Virus genome (UHGV): UHGV-0200169
DNA length: 35,777 nt
Source of the DNA: a virus
Reading direction: 5' to 3' (one strand)
Under the pieces are notes generated by a model, which made no database searches, was not told the DNA's origin, and was given only the letters and a program-made list of their open reading frames with translations. Shown here piece by piece: positions 25,193 to 35,297 of this stretch. The position numbers and the translations under genes were made by a program. Within the stretch, counting starts at the first letter, position 1. The number at the start of each line of letters is the position of its first letter.

Positions 25193-25545
25193 GCATTGAG
25201 GAGATGTACCGGGAAGCGGCGCTGAGCTGCTTCCGCTTCCTGGGCTTTACGTCTTTCGACCAGGTGGATCGGCTGACCATCCCGGAGTACAACCTGCTCA
25301 TGCAGGCGGTGCGGCTGCGGCAGGTGGATCTGGACTATCGGAACCACCTGCAGGCGTTCCTCTCCTTCGCCGTGCAGGCGGAGAAGCGGGTGGGCAAAAA
25401 CAAGTCCCGACCGGTCTACCGGACGTTCCAGAAGTTCTATGACTACGATGCAGAGCAGCAGAAGGTTTTGAGCGATAGAGAACCAGAAGACCGGTTTGCC
25501 GATCTGAAACAATTCTTACGGGAAGGAGGTGGAGAGAGTGGCTGA
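25102..25545 (+). CDS. Tail assembly chaperone frameshift extension (gpT-like)
   Basis: -1 frame continuation of the chaperone gene. Confidence 0.8.
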   Translation, partial: FRESELYQEHPDKSAGVRGEAAGGTGGTELSIEEMYREAALSCFRFLGFTSFDQVDRLTIPEYNLLMQAVRLRQVDLDYRNHLQAFLSFAVQAEKRVGKNKSRPVYRTFQKFYDYDAEQQKVLSDREPEDRFADLKQFLREGGGESG

Positions 25546-28500
25546 CAGCTTCAGCATTAAGGCACTTCTGTCGGCAAAGGACGCCGGTTTTTCCAGCGGT
25601 ATGAAGGGGGCACTGGCGTCCCTGAAAGATTTTTCGACCGAGATCAAAAGTGGAATCAAATTCGGGGCGCTATCCGAAATCGGGAGCAAAGCGGTAAGTG
25701 CCGTGACTGGCAGCATCAGCGGCATGACCAAAGGGGTTGTGGATGCTGGCATGAGCTTTGAATCCGCCATGTCCTCCGTTGCAGCTATTTCCGGCGCGAC
25801 CGGGAAGGACTTTGATATGCTGCGCAGCAAGGCAAAGGAGATGGGCGCAACCACCCAGTTCTCCGCCACCGAAGCGGCCAACGCCATGGAGTATATGGCT
25901 ATGGCAGGCTGGAAGGCCGAGGATATGACCAGTGGCATTGCCGGTATCATGAACCTGGCCGCCGCTTCCGGCGCTGACCTTGCGACTACCTCGGATATTG
26001 TCACCGACGCTCTGACTGCCTTCGGACAGACGGCGGCGGACAGCGGACGGTTTGCGGATGTTATGGCAGCGGCGTCTGCCAACGCCAACACCAATGTTGA
26101 GATGATGGGTGAAACCTTCAAGTATGCTGGTGCGGCTGCTGGCGCCATGGGATATTCCGTGGAGGATTTGGCGGTAGCTACCGGCCTGATGGCCAACAGC
26201 GGCATTAAAGGCACCCAGGCAGGCACGTCCCTTCGTTCCACCATCACCCGTATGGCTAAGCCGACGAAAGAATCCGGCACAGCGATGAAAGCGCTGGGCA
26301 TCAGCATCACGGACGCAAAAGGCAAAATGAAACCCTTCGGGCAAATCATGAAGGATATGCGCAAGGGCATGAAAGGCATGACCGAAGACCAAAAAGCTTC
26401 CTATGCCGCTATGCTGGGTGGTCAGGAAGCAATGTCCGGTCTGTTGGCCATCGCAAATGCCAGCGACGCTGACTTCGAGAAACTTACTAAGGCCATTGAC
26501 GGCGCTGCCGGGTCGGCAGAACAGATGGCAAAGGTGAAATTGGACAACCTGAAGGGCGATGTCACCATCTTGCAGTCCGCCCTGGAAGGGCTGGCCATTA
26601 CGGCCTTTGACAAGGTTTCCGGCTCCCTCCGAGGGTTGGTGCAGTTAGGGACGGGATTGATCGACAAGCTCAATAATGCCCTGGGCGATGGGAAATTCGT
26701 CAAGAAAATCGGGAAATACCTGAGCGTATTGAAGGACAATGCCGTAGAGATCGGCAAATCTTTCGGCGAGGCTTTTTCCGCTATCGGAAACTCCTTTTCG
26801 GAGCTGACCGGCTCCTTTGGCTCCAAAGACAGTGTGAGCGGCTTCTCCGACGTGATCGGCGGCATTACCGATGCGCTGAAATCCTTCGCCGGATTCCTCA
26901 AAGACCATTCCGACATCATTGCCAAAGCCATTTCCAAGCTGCCCAAACTCCTGGTGGCCTACAAAGGCTTCAAGATCGTCAAGCCCCTCGTCCCTGGCGT
27001 GAAAGCGTTCAGCGGCGCCATCGTCAAAATGGCCGGAAAGGGCATCGGGGCGATTGCCGGGAAGCTGTTCGGCATCGCCGCCGGAGAAGAGGCCACCGGA
27101 GCCGCCTCCAGCGCCAGTGCAAAGCAGGTGCTGGCCAGCGCGGTGGCGTTTATCGCCCTGGGTGCCGGGGTCGCCCTGGCTGGGGTGGGGCTTGCGTTGA
27201 TAGCGCAGGCGGCCATCGCCCTGGCTGACCAAGGAGCGTTGGCGGTCGGCGTCATGGGTGGCCTGGTGGTCGCGCTGGCCGGTCTGGCCTTTGGTGCGTC
27301 CATCATCGGGCCGGCGCTGACGGCGGGCGCAGTGGGCTTTGTGGCCTTCGGCGCTGCTATGGTGTTGGTGGGCGCTGGCATGGCGCTGGCTGCCGGATTC
27401 GTCAAGAATCTTGTCCCTCTGGTCAAGCAGGTGGGTGACACCGCCGCCCAAATGGCCGGTGCCTTCGCGGCGGCAGTTGCTGTCGTCATCGGCTCGGTGG
27501 GCGAGCTGGTGGGCAACATCGCCGACGGAGTGAGCCAGATCGTCACCTGCATCGGTGAGGAGCTATGCAATGTCTTTGAGACGGCAGGCAACGCCATCAG
27601 CGGGGTGGTGGACTCCATCAGTGGCGGCATTGCCACCGTGGTGGACGCCATCAGCGGTGGCTTCCGGTCGGTGCTGGACGGTATCGCCGGGGTCATTGAG
27701 TCCATCGGCACCAGCGCCCGGAACGCCGGGCAGGGCTTCAGGCTCGTGGCCGAGGGTATCTCCCTCATTGCGGGGCTGTCCCTGCTGGACATCGCTAAGT
27801 CCTTGGGGGCTGTGGCCGTCGGCATCGGGGAAATCTCCCTGGCCGGTGAGGGCATGGGCGTCATCGGCGAAGGCGTGCAGAGCATTGCCGCCGCCATCCA
27901 AGCCCTGTCGGTGGGGCAGGTCATCCTGGCCAGCATGGCCCAGTCCGGGGACATGGCGTCCCAGGCGGCTGTGGGGTACTATGTCCTAGCCTCGGCCATC
28001 CAAGAGATTGCCACGGTGTCCGCCGGTGTGCTGGTGGCTGCGGTCAGCCTCCAGGGGCTTGTGACCGTCGCTATCACCTCCAGCACGGCGGTAGCCACTC
28101 TCGGCACGGCGCTCATGACCGCCAGCGGGTCAGCTAGGAGCGCCAGCAACGGCGTACTGTCGGTGTCGGGAGCGCTCAACGGCGTCGCCCGTTCTGGCGG
28201 CGCAGCGGTGGGCGCAATCCGCCGTTTGGCCGGTGCGGCACATGGCGCAGTGTCGGCCATCCGTCCCATTGGTGCAGCGGCACAGCAGGCGACAAGCGCC
28301 CTCATCCGGAGCTTTTCTGCCGCAGCCGTCAAGGCCAAAGCGGCGGGGAACGCCATCGGGAAGGGCGTCCTGACCAGCATCCGGCAGGGGATGAACCCGC
28401 TGCCCAAGATCGCCGCCCAGGCCATGAACAGCCTGGTCAGCGCCATCAAGTCCGGCGGCAGCCGGGCCACGGCAAGTGCTCGCTCTGCGGCGTCGTCCAT

Positions 28501-28981
28501 CGTCAGCGCACTGTGTCACGCCGTGCCTGGCGCCACCAGCGCCGGGCGCTACATCGGCATAGGTCTGGCCAACGGTATGGCGTCCCAGCTGGGCAGAGTG
28601 CGCAGCGTGGCGGCACAGCTGGCATCTGCGGCGGAACGTGCCATCCGTGCCAAGGCCAGGATCCACAGTCCGTCTAAGGTGTCCCAGGCGCTGGGTGAAT
28701 ACTGGGGCACTGGCTACGCCCTGGGCATCAGCAGCATGGTGCAGTCTACCCGCAAGGCGGCAGAACGGCTGGTGACCGTGCCTACCCTGGCGGCAGGGCC
28801 TGACCTGTCCTATCACGGCAGACTAGAGCAAGACTTTGACTACTACCGCAACGCCCAGTACACCATCCAGGTGCCGGTGACGGTGGACGGTCGGGAGTTT
28901 GCCCGCGCCACAGCCACCTACACTCAGGAGGAACTGAACAAGCGGCAGACCAGAGACGGCCGCAAGCGCGGCATCCTGTAA
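25538..28981 (+). CDS. Tape measure protein, TP901 family
   Basis: GATTQFSATEAA core, Ala/Gly-rich amphipathic repeats, IHSPS near the C-terminus. Confidence 0.95.
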   Translation: MADSFSIKALLSAKDAGFSSGMKGALASLKDFSTEIKSGIKFGALSEIGSKAVSAVTGSISGMTKGVVDAGMSFESAMSSVAAISGATGKDFDMLRSKAKEMGATTQFSATEAANAMEYMAMAGWKAEDMTSGIAGIMNLAAASGADLATTSDIVTDALTAFGQTAADSGRFADVMAAASANANTNVEMMGETFKYAGAAAGAMGYSVEDLAVATGLMANSGIKGTQAGTSLRSTITRMAKPTKESGTAMKALGISITDAKGKMKPFGQIMKDMRKGMKGMTEDQKASYAAMLGGQEAMSGLLAIANASDADFEKLTKAIDGAAGSAEQMAKVKLDNLKGDVTILQSALEGLAITAFDKVSGSLRGLVQLGTGLIDKLNNALGDGKFVKKIGKYLSVLKDNAVEIGKSFGEAFSAIGNSFSELTGSFGSKDSVSGFSDVIGGITDALKSFAGFLKDHSDIIAKAISKLPKLLVAYKGFKIVKPLVPGVKAFSGAIVKMAGKGIGAIAGKLFGIAAGEEATGAASSASAKQVLASAVAFIALGAGVALAGVGLALIAQAAIALADQGALAVGVMGGLVVALAGLAFGASIIGPALTAGAVGFVAFGAAMVLVGAGMALAAGFVKNLVPLVKQVGDTAAQMAGAFAAAVAVVIGSVGELVGNIADGVSQIVTCIGEELCNVFETAGNAISGVVDSISGGIATVVDAISGGFRSVLDGIAGVIESIGTSARNAGQGFRLVAEGISLIAGLSLLDIAKSLGAVAVGIGEISLAGEGMGVIGEGVQSIAAAIQALSVGQVILASMAQSGDMASQAAVGYYVLASAIQEIATVSAGVLVAAVSLQGLVTVAITSSTAVATLGTALMTASGSARSASNGVLSVSGALNGVARSGGAAVGAIRRLAGAAHGAVSAIRPIGAAAQQATSALIRSFSAAAVKAKAAGNAIGKGVLTSIRQGMNPLPKIAAQAMNSLVSAIKSGGSRATASARSAASSIVSALCHAVPGATSAGRYIGIGLANGMASQLGRVRSVAAQLASAAERAIRAKARIHSPSKVSQALGEYWGTGYALGISSMVQSTRKAAERLVTVPTLAAGPDLSYHGRLEQDFDYYRNAQYTIQVPVTVDGREFARATATYTQEELNKRQTRDGRKRGIL

Positions 28982-28992
28982 GGAGGGCAGAA

Positions 28993-30660
28993 ATGTATAA
29001 CTTTGTGGATACCAACGGGTATGCCGAGGGCACAGCTCTGCCCTCGGAGGCCCTGAAGATCAACGGGGCCTATCTCGAGAACAAGGTGACCGGCTACCGC
29101 ACCCTGTACGTGAAGGGGCGGGAGATGCTGGCACCGGACATCGAGACCTATGAGACCGGCGTCCGGGACGGTTCCACCCTCCAGTCCAAGCGGTTCCCCG
29201 CCCGGACCATCACGGTGGGGTATCAGCTCATCGCGTCCTCTGTCGAGGCGTTCCGGGCGGCGTTCAACGCCCTGAATGCGGCCCTGGACGTGGAGGAAGC
29301 GGAGCTGATCTTTGCTGACGAGCTGGACAAGTTCTTCATCGGCACACCCTTCGGCCGGGGAGACGTCCCAGCCGGACGGAACGCCGTCACCGGGGAGTTT
29401 GACATCCTCTGCGCGGATCCCTTCAAGTATTCCGTGCAGGAGTACGAGGTGACACCGACCTTAGATGACGGCACCACCTTCGCCATTCAATACAACGGCA
29501 CCTATCGGAGCTATCCCACCCTAGTGGCGGAGTTTGCGGACGAGGACGACGACACCACCGGCGGCCTGACCGGCAACGGAGACTGCGGCTATGTGGCCTT
29601 TTTGAGCGATGACGCTGCCATCATCCAGCTGGGCGACCCGGACGAGCCGGACACGGAGGACTATGCCAAGTCCCAGACATTGACCAAACAGATATTCACC
29701 TCTTATAACGCCACAGTGGCCGCCAAGTGGCCCATCAACACCGGACGGACCTCCTCTTCTGCCGTCACGGCTACGGGCACAGTGGTGGTGGGCAAGGACG
29801 CGGAGAACATCAGGATGCTGGTGGCCAACAGCTATGGAACCGGCACCGAGTGGCATGGGCCGTCCATCACCCGCACCATCCCGGCGGACGCTTCCGGCCA
29901 CGTGGGGGCGAAGAATTTCCGCCTGTCCTATAAGCAGCGGATGTGCATGGGGCAAGGGAAGAAGGACACCAAGCAGCGGGGACTGTTCCAGTGCTTGCTG
30001 GTGAATGTGAATGGTTCCGAGAGGACCATCGTGGCCGGACTCTCTGTGAACAAGAATAAGACCGGAAAACAGGCGCTGTTGAAGCTGTATGTGAACGGGA
30101 AGACCGTCCACACCCAGTATATCGACCTGACCTATCACAACAAGTATTTCGGCTACAAGAGGGTAGTCACGGAGAAGATCAAGAAGAAGGGAAAGGTCAT
30201 CAAAAAGAAGCGTATCATCCAGCCGGTACTGTCCTCGACCATCCGGAAGTATGGCAAGACGGTGACGTTCAATATCGGCGGGATTAAAAAGGCATTCAAG
30301 GTCTCCGCCATCGCCAACACAGAAGTCCATGAGATCACGTTTCTCATGGGGAAATACGCCTCTGTCACGCCGTTGACCTATAACGGCCTGTTTTGGGCTA
30401 AATTTATCTCCGATTCCTGCGAGACCTTCCGGGACATTCCAAATAAGTTCAGCGCGGGAGATGTGGTGGAAGCGGACTGCGAGGACGGAGAGATTTACCT
30501 GAACGACGCAAGAGCGCCGGAGCTGGGCGCGCTGGGCAACGACTGGGAGACCTTTTACCTGGAGCCTGGCGCTAACCAGATCGGCGTGGTCTGGTCGGAT
30601 TGGGTGCCAGCCGGGAGCGCACCCAACTGCAAGATTCGCTATAGAGAGGTGTTTTTGTGA
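28993..30660 (+). CDS. Distal tail protein (Dit) with a large inserted domain
   Basis: GYRTLYVKGRE, CADPFKY, LEPGAN...YREVFL. 555 aa, much longer than a minimal Dit. Confidence 0.85.
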   Translation: MYNFVDTNGYAEGTALPSEALKINGAYLENKVTGYRTLYVKGREMLAPDIETYETGVRDGSTLQSKRFPARTITVGYQLIASSVEAFRAAFNALNAALDVEEAELIFADELDKFFIGTPFGRGDVPAGRNAVTGEFDILCADPFKYSVQEYEVTPTLDDGTTFAIQYNGTYRSYPTLVAEFADEDDDTTGGLTGNGDCGYVAFLSDDAAIIQLGDPDEPDTEDYAKSQTLTKQIFTSYNATVAAKWPINTGRTSSSAVTATGTVVVGKDAENIRMLVANSYGTGTEWHGPSITRTIPADASGHVGAKNFRLSYKQRMCMGQGKKDTKQRGLFQCLLVNVNGSERTIVAGLSVNKNKTGKQALLKLYVNGKTVHTQYIDLTYHNKYFGYKRVVTEKIKKKGKVIKKKRIIQPVLSSTIRKYGKTVTFNIGGIKKAFKVSAIANTEVHEITFLMGKYASVTPLTYNGLFWAKFISDSCETFRDIPNKFSAGDVVEADCEDGEIYLNDARAPELGALGNDWETFYLEPGANQIGVVWSDWVPAGSAPNCKIRYREVFL

Positions 30661-33140
30661 TTATTTACTTTGCCAACCGCAGTATGGAAATCCAGGGCAG
30701 TGCCTCCACCGGCCTGCCTGGCGGGTTCACAGTCGTAGAGGATACCAAGACGGAGGAGATCGAGACCGGCGTGGCCGTGTTCGAGTGCCGGGTGAAATTC
30801 GATTCGGAGAACCGCTTGCAGCTGGAGGCCATGTGCGAGGCGGGGAACTACCTGCTGCGCAGCGACGGCGACTTGAACGAGTTCTACACCATCATCGAGG
30901 TGGAAGTGGACACAAAAGAGCAGACCGTGTACCTGTACGCCGAGGACGCTGGTATGGACTTGCTCAACGAGGTCTGCCCAGTCTATGAGGCCACGGCCAA
31001 CCACGACGTGGCCTGGTACATCAAGCGCTATACGGCGGACAGCGGCTTTGAGATTGGCATCAACGAGGTGCCCGACCTGGTGAAGAAGCTCAAGTTTGCA
31101 TCCGAGCAGACGGTGACAGAACGGCTGACGGAGATTGCGGAGGGCTTTGGCGGCTTTGAGATCTCCTATTCCTTCGCCATCCACGGGATGGAAGTGACCC
31201 ACAAGTACATCAACATCTACCAGGAGCGGGGAAAGGACGTGGCGGATCAGCTGCGGCTGAACCAGGACATCGACCGCATCATCACTAAGATGTCGGTGGC
31301 CAACCTGGCGACCGCGCTCTCCTGCACCGGCGGCACGCCCAAAGGCAAAAAAGACCCCATCACCTTGCAGGGCTACACCTACGATGACGGGGACTTTTAC
31401 GTGGACGGGAAGCTGCTGAAATCCCGGCAGGCAGTGGCGCAGTGGAGCCGGTATGCCTGGGAGGTCACGGATGCGTCCGACTGGCAGGGGCACCACATCC
31501 GGCAATACACCTATGACACCACCAGCCAGGCGACCTTGTGCAGCAAGGCCATTAAAGAGCTGAAAAAGCTCCGGCAGATGGAGGTCAACTATGAGGTGGA
31601 GATCAACAACCTGCCGGAGGGCATCCGGATCGGCGACCGCATCAACATCGTGGACGACGGCGGGGCGCTGTACCTGTCCGCCCGTATCCTGAAGCTGGAG
31701 ACCTCCATCTGTGACCAGAAGCAGACCGCCACCCTGGGGGAATACCTGCTGAAGGGGAGCGGCATCTCTGCCAAGGTGGAGGAGCTGGCCGAAAAATTTG
31801 CGGCTATGGCGGACAGGACGCTGTACACCTGGATCGCCTACGCCGACGACGCCCAAGGGAATGGCATCAGCCTGGACCCGGAGGGGAAGCCCTACCTGGG
31901 CACGGCGGTGAACCAGACGGAGGAAGTGGCAGATATTTCCGACCCATCGGTGTTTGCCTGGTCGAAGGTGCAAGGGCCGAAAGGAGAAACCGGTGAGACT
32001 GGCGCACAAGGGGCGCAAGGAGAGCAAGGCCCTCCGGGGGAACCCGGAGACACCGGCGCACAGGGTCCGCAGGGAGAACCAGGGGCGCAAGGTCCGCAAG
32101 GGGAAAAGGGAGTGGATGTGGCGGCGACCTGTCGCTATTATCTGCTCCAGGCGTCTACCCTCAGCCCGCCGGACAAGCCAACCAAGAAGCCGCCTGGCGG
32201 AAGTTGGAGTGACACTGAACCCAGCTACACCAGCGGGAGCACCAACACCCTGTACTTTGTGGATTTGACCGTCTTTTCGGATGGAACGTGGGCATATTCG
32301 AGTGTGTCCAAGTCCAGTGCTTACGAGGCGGCGAAGGAGGCGTACAACAAGGCGCAGCAGGTGACGGATACGGTGGACGGGTTGACCTTGATTCAGGATG
32401 GGAAAGTGGTCATTGACGGCGGGAAGGTGTATGTGGATGCGGCGTTTGTCAACAGTCTGTTTGTCTATGACATTATGGCACAAAACACCATCACAGGCGC
32501 CAAGTTGGCTGGTGAACAAATCAACATCAAAGCAGCGACCACAGGTGATTTTGCAGGCGGTGGCGTGCAAATGGTATCAACAAGTAAACCAGAGGTGGAC
32601 GGTGACGAAACCATACTTCCGCCACGCTTTAAGATTTACGTATATGGCGACACATCTAGCAGTCTGCTCGAGATGCGGCGTAACTCCATCGGCTTGACAT
32701 CACGACAGGTTGCCATCTCTGCTGGCATGCAGATTGACATTGGCGATCCTGATATGGCGGGGACGATGGTGTATCTGCATGGGCATGTGTTCCTGCCAGG
32801 CGGGAGCTTGGCAGATACAGATTATGACAGCACCACATACACCAGCTTTTCCGGCGGAGTTCTGTCGTCCGGGTCGGTGACGGTGACCAAAAAGCTGGGG
32901 ATGTGCTGCATCAGCGGCTCCATAACGCTGTCCAAGAGCATCAGCGATTGGACGACCATTTTGACGGAATCCAAAGTGCCGCGCCCCGAACATGGTAAAC
33001 TGATACCGTTTAATATTCCGGCGTGGGGCAGCAGCTACACCGCTGCTTTGCGTGGAAAAATCACGGCAGATGGCGGATTGCAGATTCGATTGGGGGCAGC
33101 GCGAGAGTACGTGTTCAGCCTGTCCTATCCGATTGAGTGA
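30657..33140 (+). CDS. Tail-associated (Tal)/spike protein with collagen-like segment and putative receptor-binding C-terminus
   Basis: Tal-like N-terminus (IGDRINIVD...LSARILKLE), YTWIAYADD motif, GXY repeats. Confidence 0.85.
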   Translation: MIIYFANRSMEIQGSASTGLPGGFTVVEDTKTEEIETGVAVFECRVKFDSENRLQLEAMCEAGNYLLRSDGDLNEFYTIIEVEVDTKEQTVYLYAEDAGMDLLNEVCPVYEATANHDVAWYIKRYTADSGFEIGINEVPDLVKKLKFASEQTVTERLTEIAEGFGGFEISYSFAIHGMEVTHKYINIYQERGKDVADQLRLNQDIDRIITKMSVANLATALSCTGGTPKGKKDPITLQGYTYDDGDFYVDGKLLKSRQAVAQWSRYAWEVTDASDWQGHHIRQYTYDTTSQATLCSKAIKELKKLRQMEVNYEVEINNLPEGIRIGDRINIVDDGGALYLSARILKLETSICDQKQTATLGEYLLKGSGISAKVEELAEKFAAMADRTLYTWIAYADDAQGNGISLDPEGKPYLGTAVNQTEEVADISDPSVFAWSKVQGPKGETGETGAQGAQGEQGPPGEPGDTGAQGPQGEPGAQGPQGEKGVDVAATCRYYLLQASTLSPPDKPTKKPPGGSWSDTEPSYTSGSTNTLYFVDLTVFSDGTWAYSSVSKSSAYEAAKEAYNKAQQVTDTVDGLTLIQDGKVVIDGGKVYVDAAFVNSLFVYDIMAQNTITGAKLAGEQINIKAATTGDFAGGGVQMVSTSKPEVDGDETILPPRFKIYVYGDTSSSLLEMRRNSIGLTSRQVAISAGMQIDIGDPDMAGTMVYLHGHVFLPGGSLADTDYDSTTYTSFSGGVLSSGSVTVTKKLGMCCISGSITLSKSISDWTTILTESKVPRPEHGKLIPFNIPAWGSSYTAALRGKITADGGLQIRLGAAREYVFSLSYPIE
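31974..32108 (+). repeat. Collagen-like (Gly-X-Y)15 repeat
   Basis: [12 protein letters not shown]...GPQGEK. Confidence 0.9.
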
Positions 33141-33152
33141 AGGGGGGGCAGC

Positions 33153-33419
33153 ATGGAAAGCATCATTGTAGCGCTGATCACCGGCGGCCTGTCGCTGATC
33201 GGCGTCATCATCACCAACCGAGGCAGCGCCCGGAAGGTGCAGCACCAGTTGGAGATTGCGCAGGCGGTCACAGACACCAAGATTGAGGAGCTGACCAGGG
33301 AAGTCAGGTATCACAATGGTTTCGCTGACCGAGTGCCGGTATTGGAGGAAAAAATGAAAGTCGCCAACCATCGGATTGACGACCTGGAACACAGAAAGGA
33401 ACATAGCCATGAAGAATAA
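33153..33419 (+). CDS. Holin-like/lysis-associated membrane protein
   Basis: N-terminal TM segment plus coiled coil (KVANHRIDDLE). Confidence 0.75.
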   Translation: MESIIVALITGGLSLIGVIITNRGSARKVQHQLEIAQAVTDTKIEELTREVRYHNGFADRVPVLEEKMKVANHRIDDLEHRKEHSHEE

Positions 33420-33618
33420 GGAAATGAAAGAATGGTTGTATCGAGCAGGCCGCACTGCGCTACAGGCGGCTGTGGGCGCGATTGCCGCAAACCTGGTGGC
33501 CTGGGTCGGCGGTGTGACCGACATCGCCAGCCTCAAGACCGTGGCAATCAGCGCCGGGAGCGTGATCGTCAGCGCTGTGCTGGCGGCACTAATGAATATG
33601 GGTAAAGACGAGGAATAA
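33409..33618 (+). CDS. Holin (2 TM segments)
   Basis: RAGRTALQAAVG motif, position directly before the endolysin. Confidence 0.8.
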   Translation: MKNKEMKEWLYRAGRTALQAAVGAIAANLVAWVGGVTDIASLKTVAISAGSVIVSAVLAALMNMGKDEE

Positions 33619-33654
33619 TACGCACGTGCGTAGATTTGGAAAGGAGGACACAGC

Positions 33655-34794
33655 ATAAACATCAGTGAAAAAGGGCTTGCTATGATTGAGAGCTTTGAGG
33701 GGTGTTTGCTCAAAGCGTCCAACAAACTGGATGGCGTGTGGACCATCGGGTACGGCCAGACCGGCAGCTACTACGGCAAAAAGGTGCGCAAGGGCATGAC
33801 CACCACCAAGGCGCTGGCTCACGCCTGGCTCCGGGACCACAGCATCAAGACCTACGAGGACGCCGTGTCCGCAGCGGTCAAGGTGCCGCTGAACCAGAAC
33901 CAGTTTGATGCCCTGGTGAGCTTTACCTACAACGTAGGTATTGGAGCGCTCAAGCAGTCCACTGCCCTGCGGCTGCTCAACCAGGGCGACTATACCGGCG
34001 CAGCGGACGCCCTGACCATGTGGACGAAGTGCAACGGCAAGGTGCTGGCCGGTCTGGTGCGCCGCCGGAAGGAGGAACGAGCGCTGTTTTTGACGCCTGT
34101 CACTACCCAGACCGGCAACACCGACCTGCTCCGCAAGGGGGACAGGGGCGATGACGTCAAGCTCCTCCAGCACCGCCTGAACCTCTTGGGTTGGCAGCTC
34201 ACCGAGGACGGCATCTGGGGAATCAAGACCGATCAGGCCGTGCGGAACTACCAGTACAAGGCCGGTCTGACCGTGGACGGCATTGTAGGCCCCAAGACTC
34301 AGGCGGCGCTGATCCGGGACGCGATCCTGTCCCGTGCAGCGGAAATCGGCCAGTACATGGTCAAACACAAGTGGCATTACAAGGACGGCACTCACAAGGC
34401 TATGTCCACCTGGGCGGCCACCAAGGTGCTGAGCAAGCCCGGCTCTAGCTGCTCCCACTTTGTGTCCTGGGTGCTCCAGGACGTGGGTCTGCTGGAGTCC
34501 GGCAAACGCATCAGTCATGACGGCGGCAAGGTAACCGGCACCGGCAACCTGCTGGGTTGCCAGGTTATCCAGGCAAAGGGCAAGACCTGGGACAAGCTGG
34601 CCGACCTGCGGCCTGGTGACGTGTGCGTGTGGGATAGTAACCTGGCGATCTACGCGGGTAGCGGCAAGTGGTACGACGCTGGCGGGCCGTTCAGCGCCAA
34701 CACCAAGGGCGGTCGCTACACCAATGTGGGGCTGGTCGCGCCGTACTATGACCGGACGAAGCCGGTCTATTACCTGGTGCGGGCAAGGGTATAA
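33655..34794 (+). CDS. Modular endolysin: GH24 lysozyme, peptidoglycan-binding domain, C-terminal Cys-amidase/NlpC-like domain
   Basis: FEG...WTIGYG, LNQNQFDALVSFTYNVG, GLVRRR. LRKGDRG...DGIVGPKT. SCSHFV...LRPGD. RBS precedes ATA at 33655; first ATG is at 33682. Confidence 0.9.
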   Translation: MNISEKGLAMIESFEGCLLKASNKLDGVWTIGYGQTGSYYGKKVRKGMTTTKALAHAWLRDHSIKTYEDAVSAAVKVPLNQNQFDALVSFTYNVGIGALKQSTALRLLNQGDYTGAADALTMWTKCNGKVLAGLVRRRKEERALFLTPVTTQTGNTDLLRKGDRGDDVKLLQHRLNLLGWQLTEDGIWGIKTDQAVRNYQYKAGLTVDGIVGPKTQAALIRDAILSRAAEIGQYMVKHKWHYKDGTHKAMSTWAATKVLSKPGSSCSHFVSWVLQDVGLLESGKRISHDGGKVTGTGNLLGCQVIQAKGKTWDKLADLRPGDVCVWDSNLAIYAGSGKWYDAGGPFSANTKGGRYTNVGLVAPYYDRTKPVYYLVRARV

Positions 34795-34830
34795 AAAAGC
34801 CAACTCACCGAGTTGGGCATAGATAAAACG

Positions 34831-34860
34831 AAGCGCCTGGGGCAATGCTCCGGGCGCTTT
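34831..34860 (+). terminator. Terminator after the endolysin
   Basis: aagcgcctggggc-aat-gctccgggcgcttt. A smaller hairpin lies at 34799-34819. Confidence 0.7.
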
Positions 34861-34908
34861 GCTATGCAAAAAAATTCGCGTTTTTATCAAGTATTTTATG
34901 CGTTCTTA

Positions 34909-34937
34909 TTGACACGTACGTGTCAACGTGGTATAAT
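34909..34937 (+). promoter_or_regulatory. Consensus sigma-A promoter overlapped by a perfect 18-bp palindrome
   Basis: TTGACA-17-TATAAT with TG extension. TTGACACGTACGTGTCAA at 34909-34926. Confidence 0.88.
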
Positions 34938-34971
34938 ATAATCATCCCAAAGGAGAGAGGGGGTGGTTAAA

Positions 34972-35094
34972 ATGGGAAAGCGAGAATTAAAAAAGACTCA
35001 GCCGAAAATCAACTGGCCGCAAACCTTGTTTGATTTCCTTCTGAGTCTGCTGGTTGGGGTTTTGCTTTTGCTGATTGACAAATACCTAATCTAA
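34972..35094 (+). CDS. 40-aa hydrophobic peptide, type I toxin-like (not in ORF track)
   Basis: MGKRELKKTQPKINWPQTLFDFLLSLLVGVLLLLIDKYLI: basic N-terminus plus one TM segment. Confidence 0.78.
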   Translation: MGKRELKKTQPKINWPQTLFDFLLSLLVGVLLLLIDKYLI

Positions 35095-35177
35095 CCACAA
35101 AGCAAAACGAAAGCAGGGGGCGGGGTTGCCGCCTCGCCCCTTCGCTTTCAGTATAACAAAAATAGTGAAACTGTCAA
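35095..35177 (-). ncRNA. Putative antisense sRNA and its promoter
   Basis: Minus-strand TTGACA(35177-35172)-16-TATACT(35155-35150) with TG extension, reading into the GC hairpin at ~35109-35149. The 3' end is not determinable. Confidence 0.55.
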
Positions 35178-35189
35178 GGAGGTTTTGAC

Positions 35190-35297
35190 ATGGGTGTTTT
35201 AGGTTATGCTGGAGTCACGTTGATTATCGTTGCCTTTGTTCGGTTGATTCGAGCGATGATCCTTGCTTATAGAGAAAGGAACCATACAGATGAGTGA
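35190..35297 (+). CDS. 35-aa membrane peptide (not in ORF track)
   Basis: AAGGAGG RBS. MGVLGYAGVTLIIVAFVRLIRAMILAYRERNHTDE. Confidence 0.72.
   Translation: MGVLGYAGVTLIIVAFVRLIRAMILAYRERNHTDE

Noticed and set aside
10541..34890. Long antisense ORFs (e.g. 10541-12055, 20824-22893, 30639-32570, 33589-34890)
   Set aside because: They lie opposite well-supported genes with high GC3, and have no RBS or recognisable motifs.
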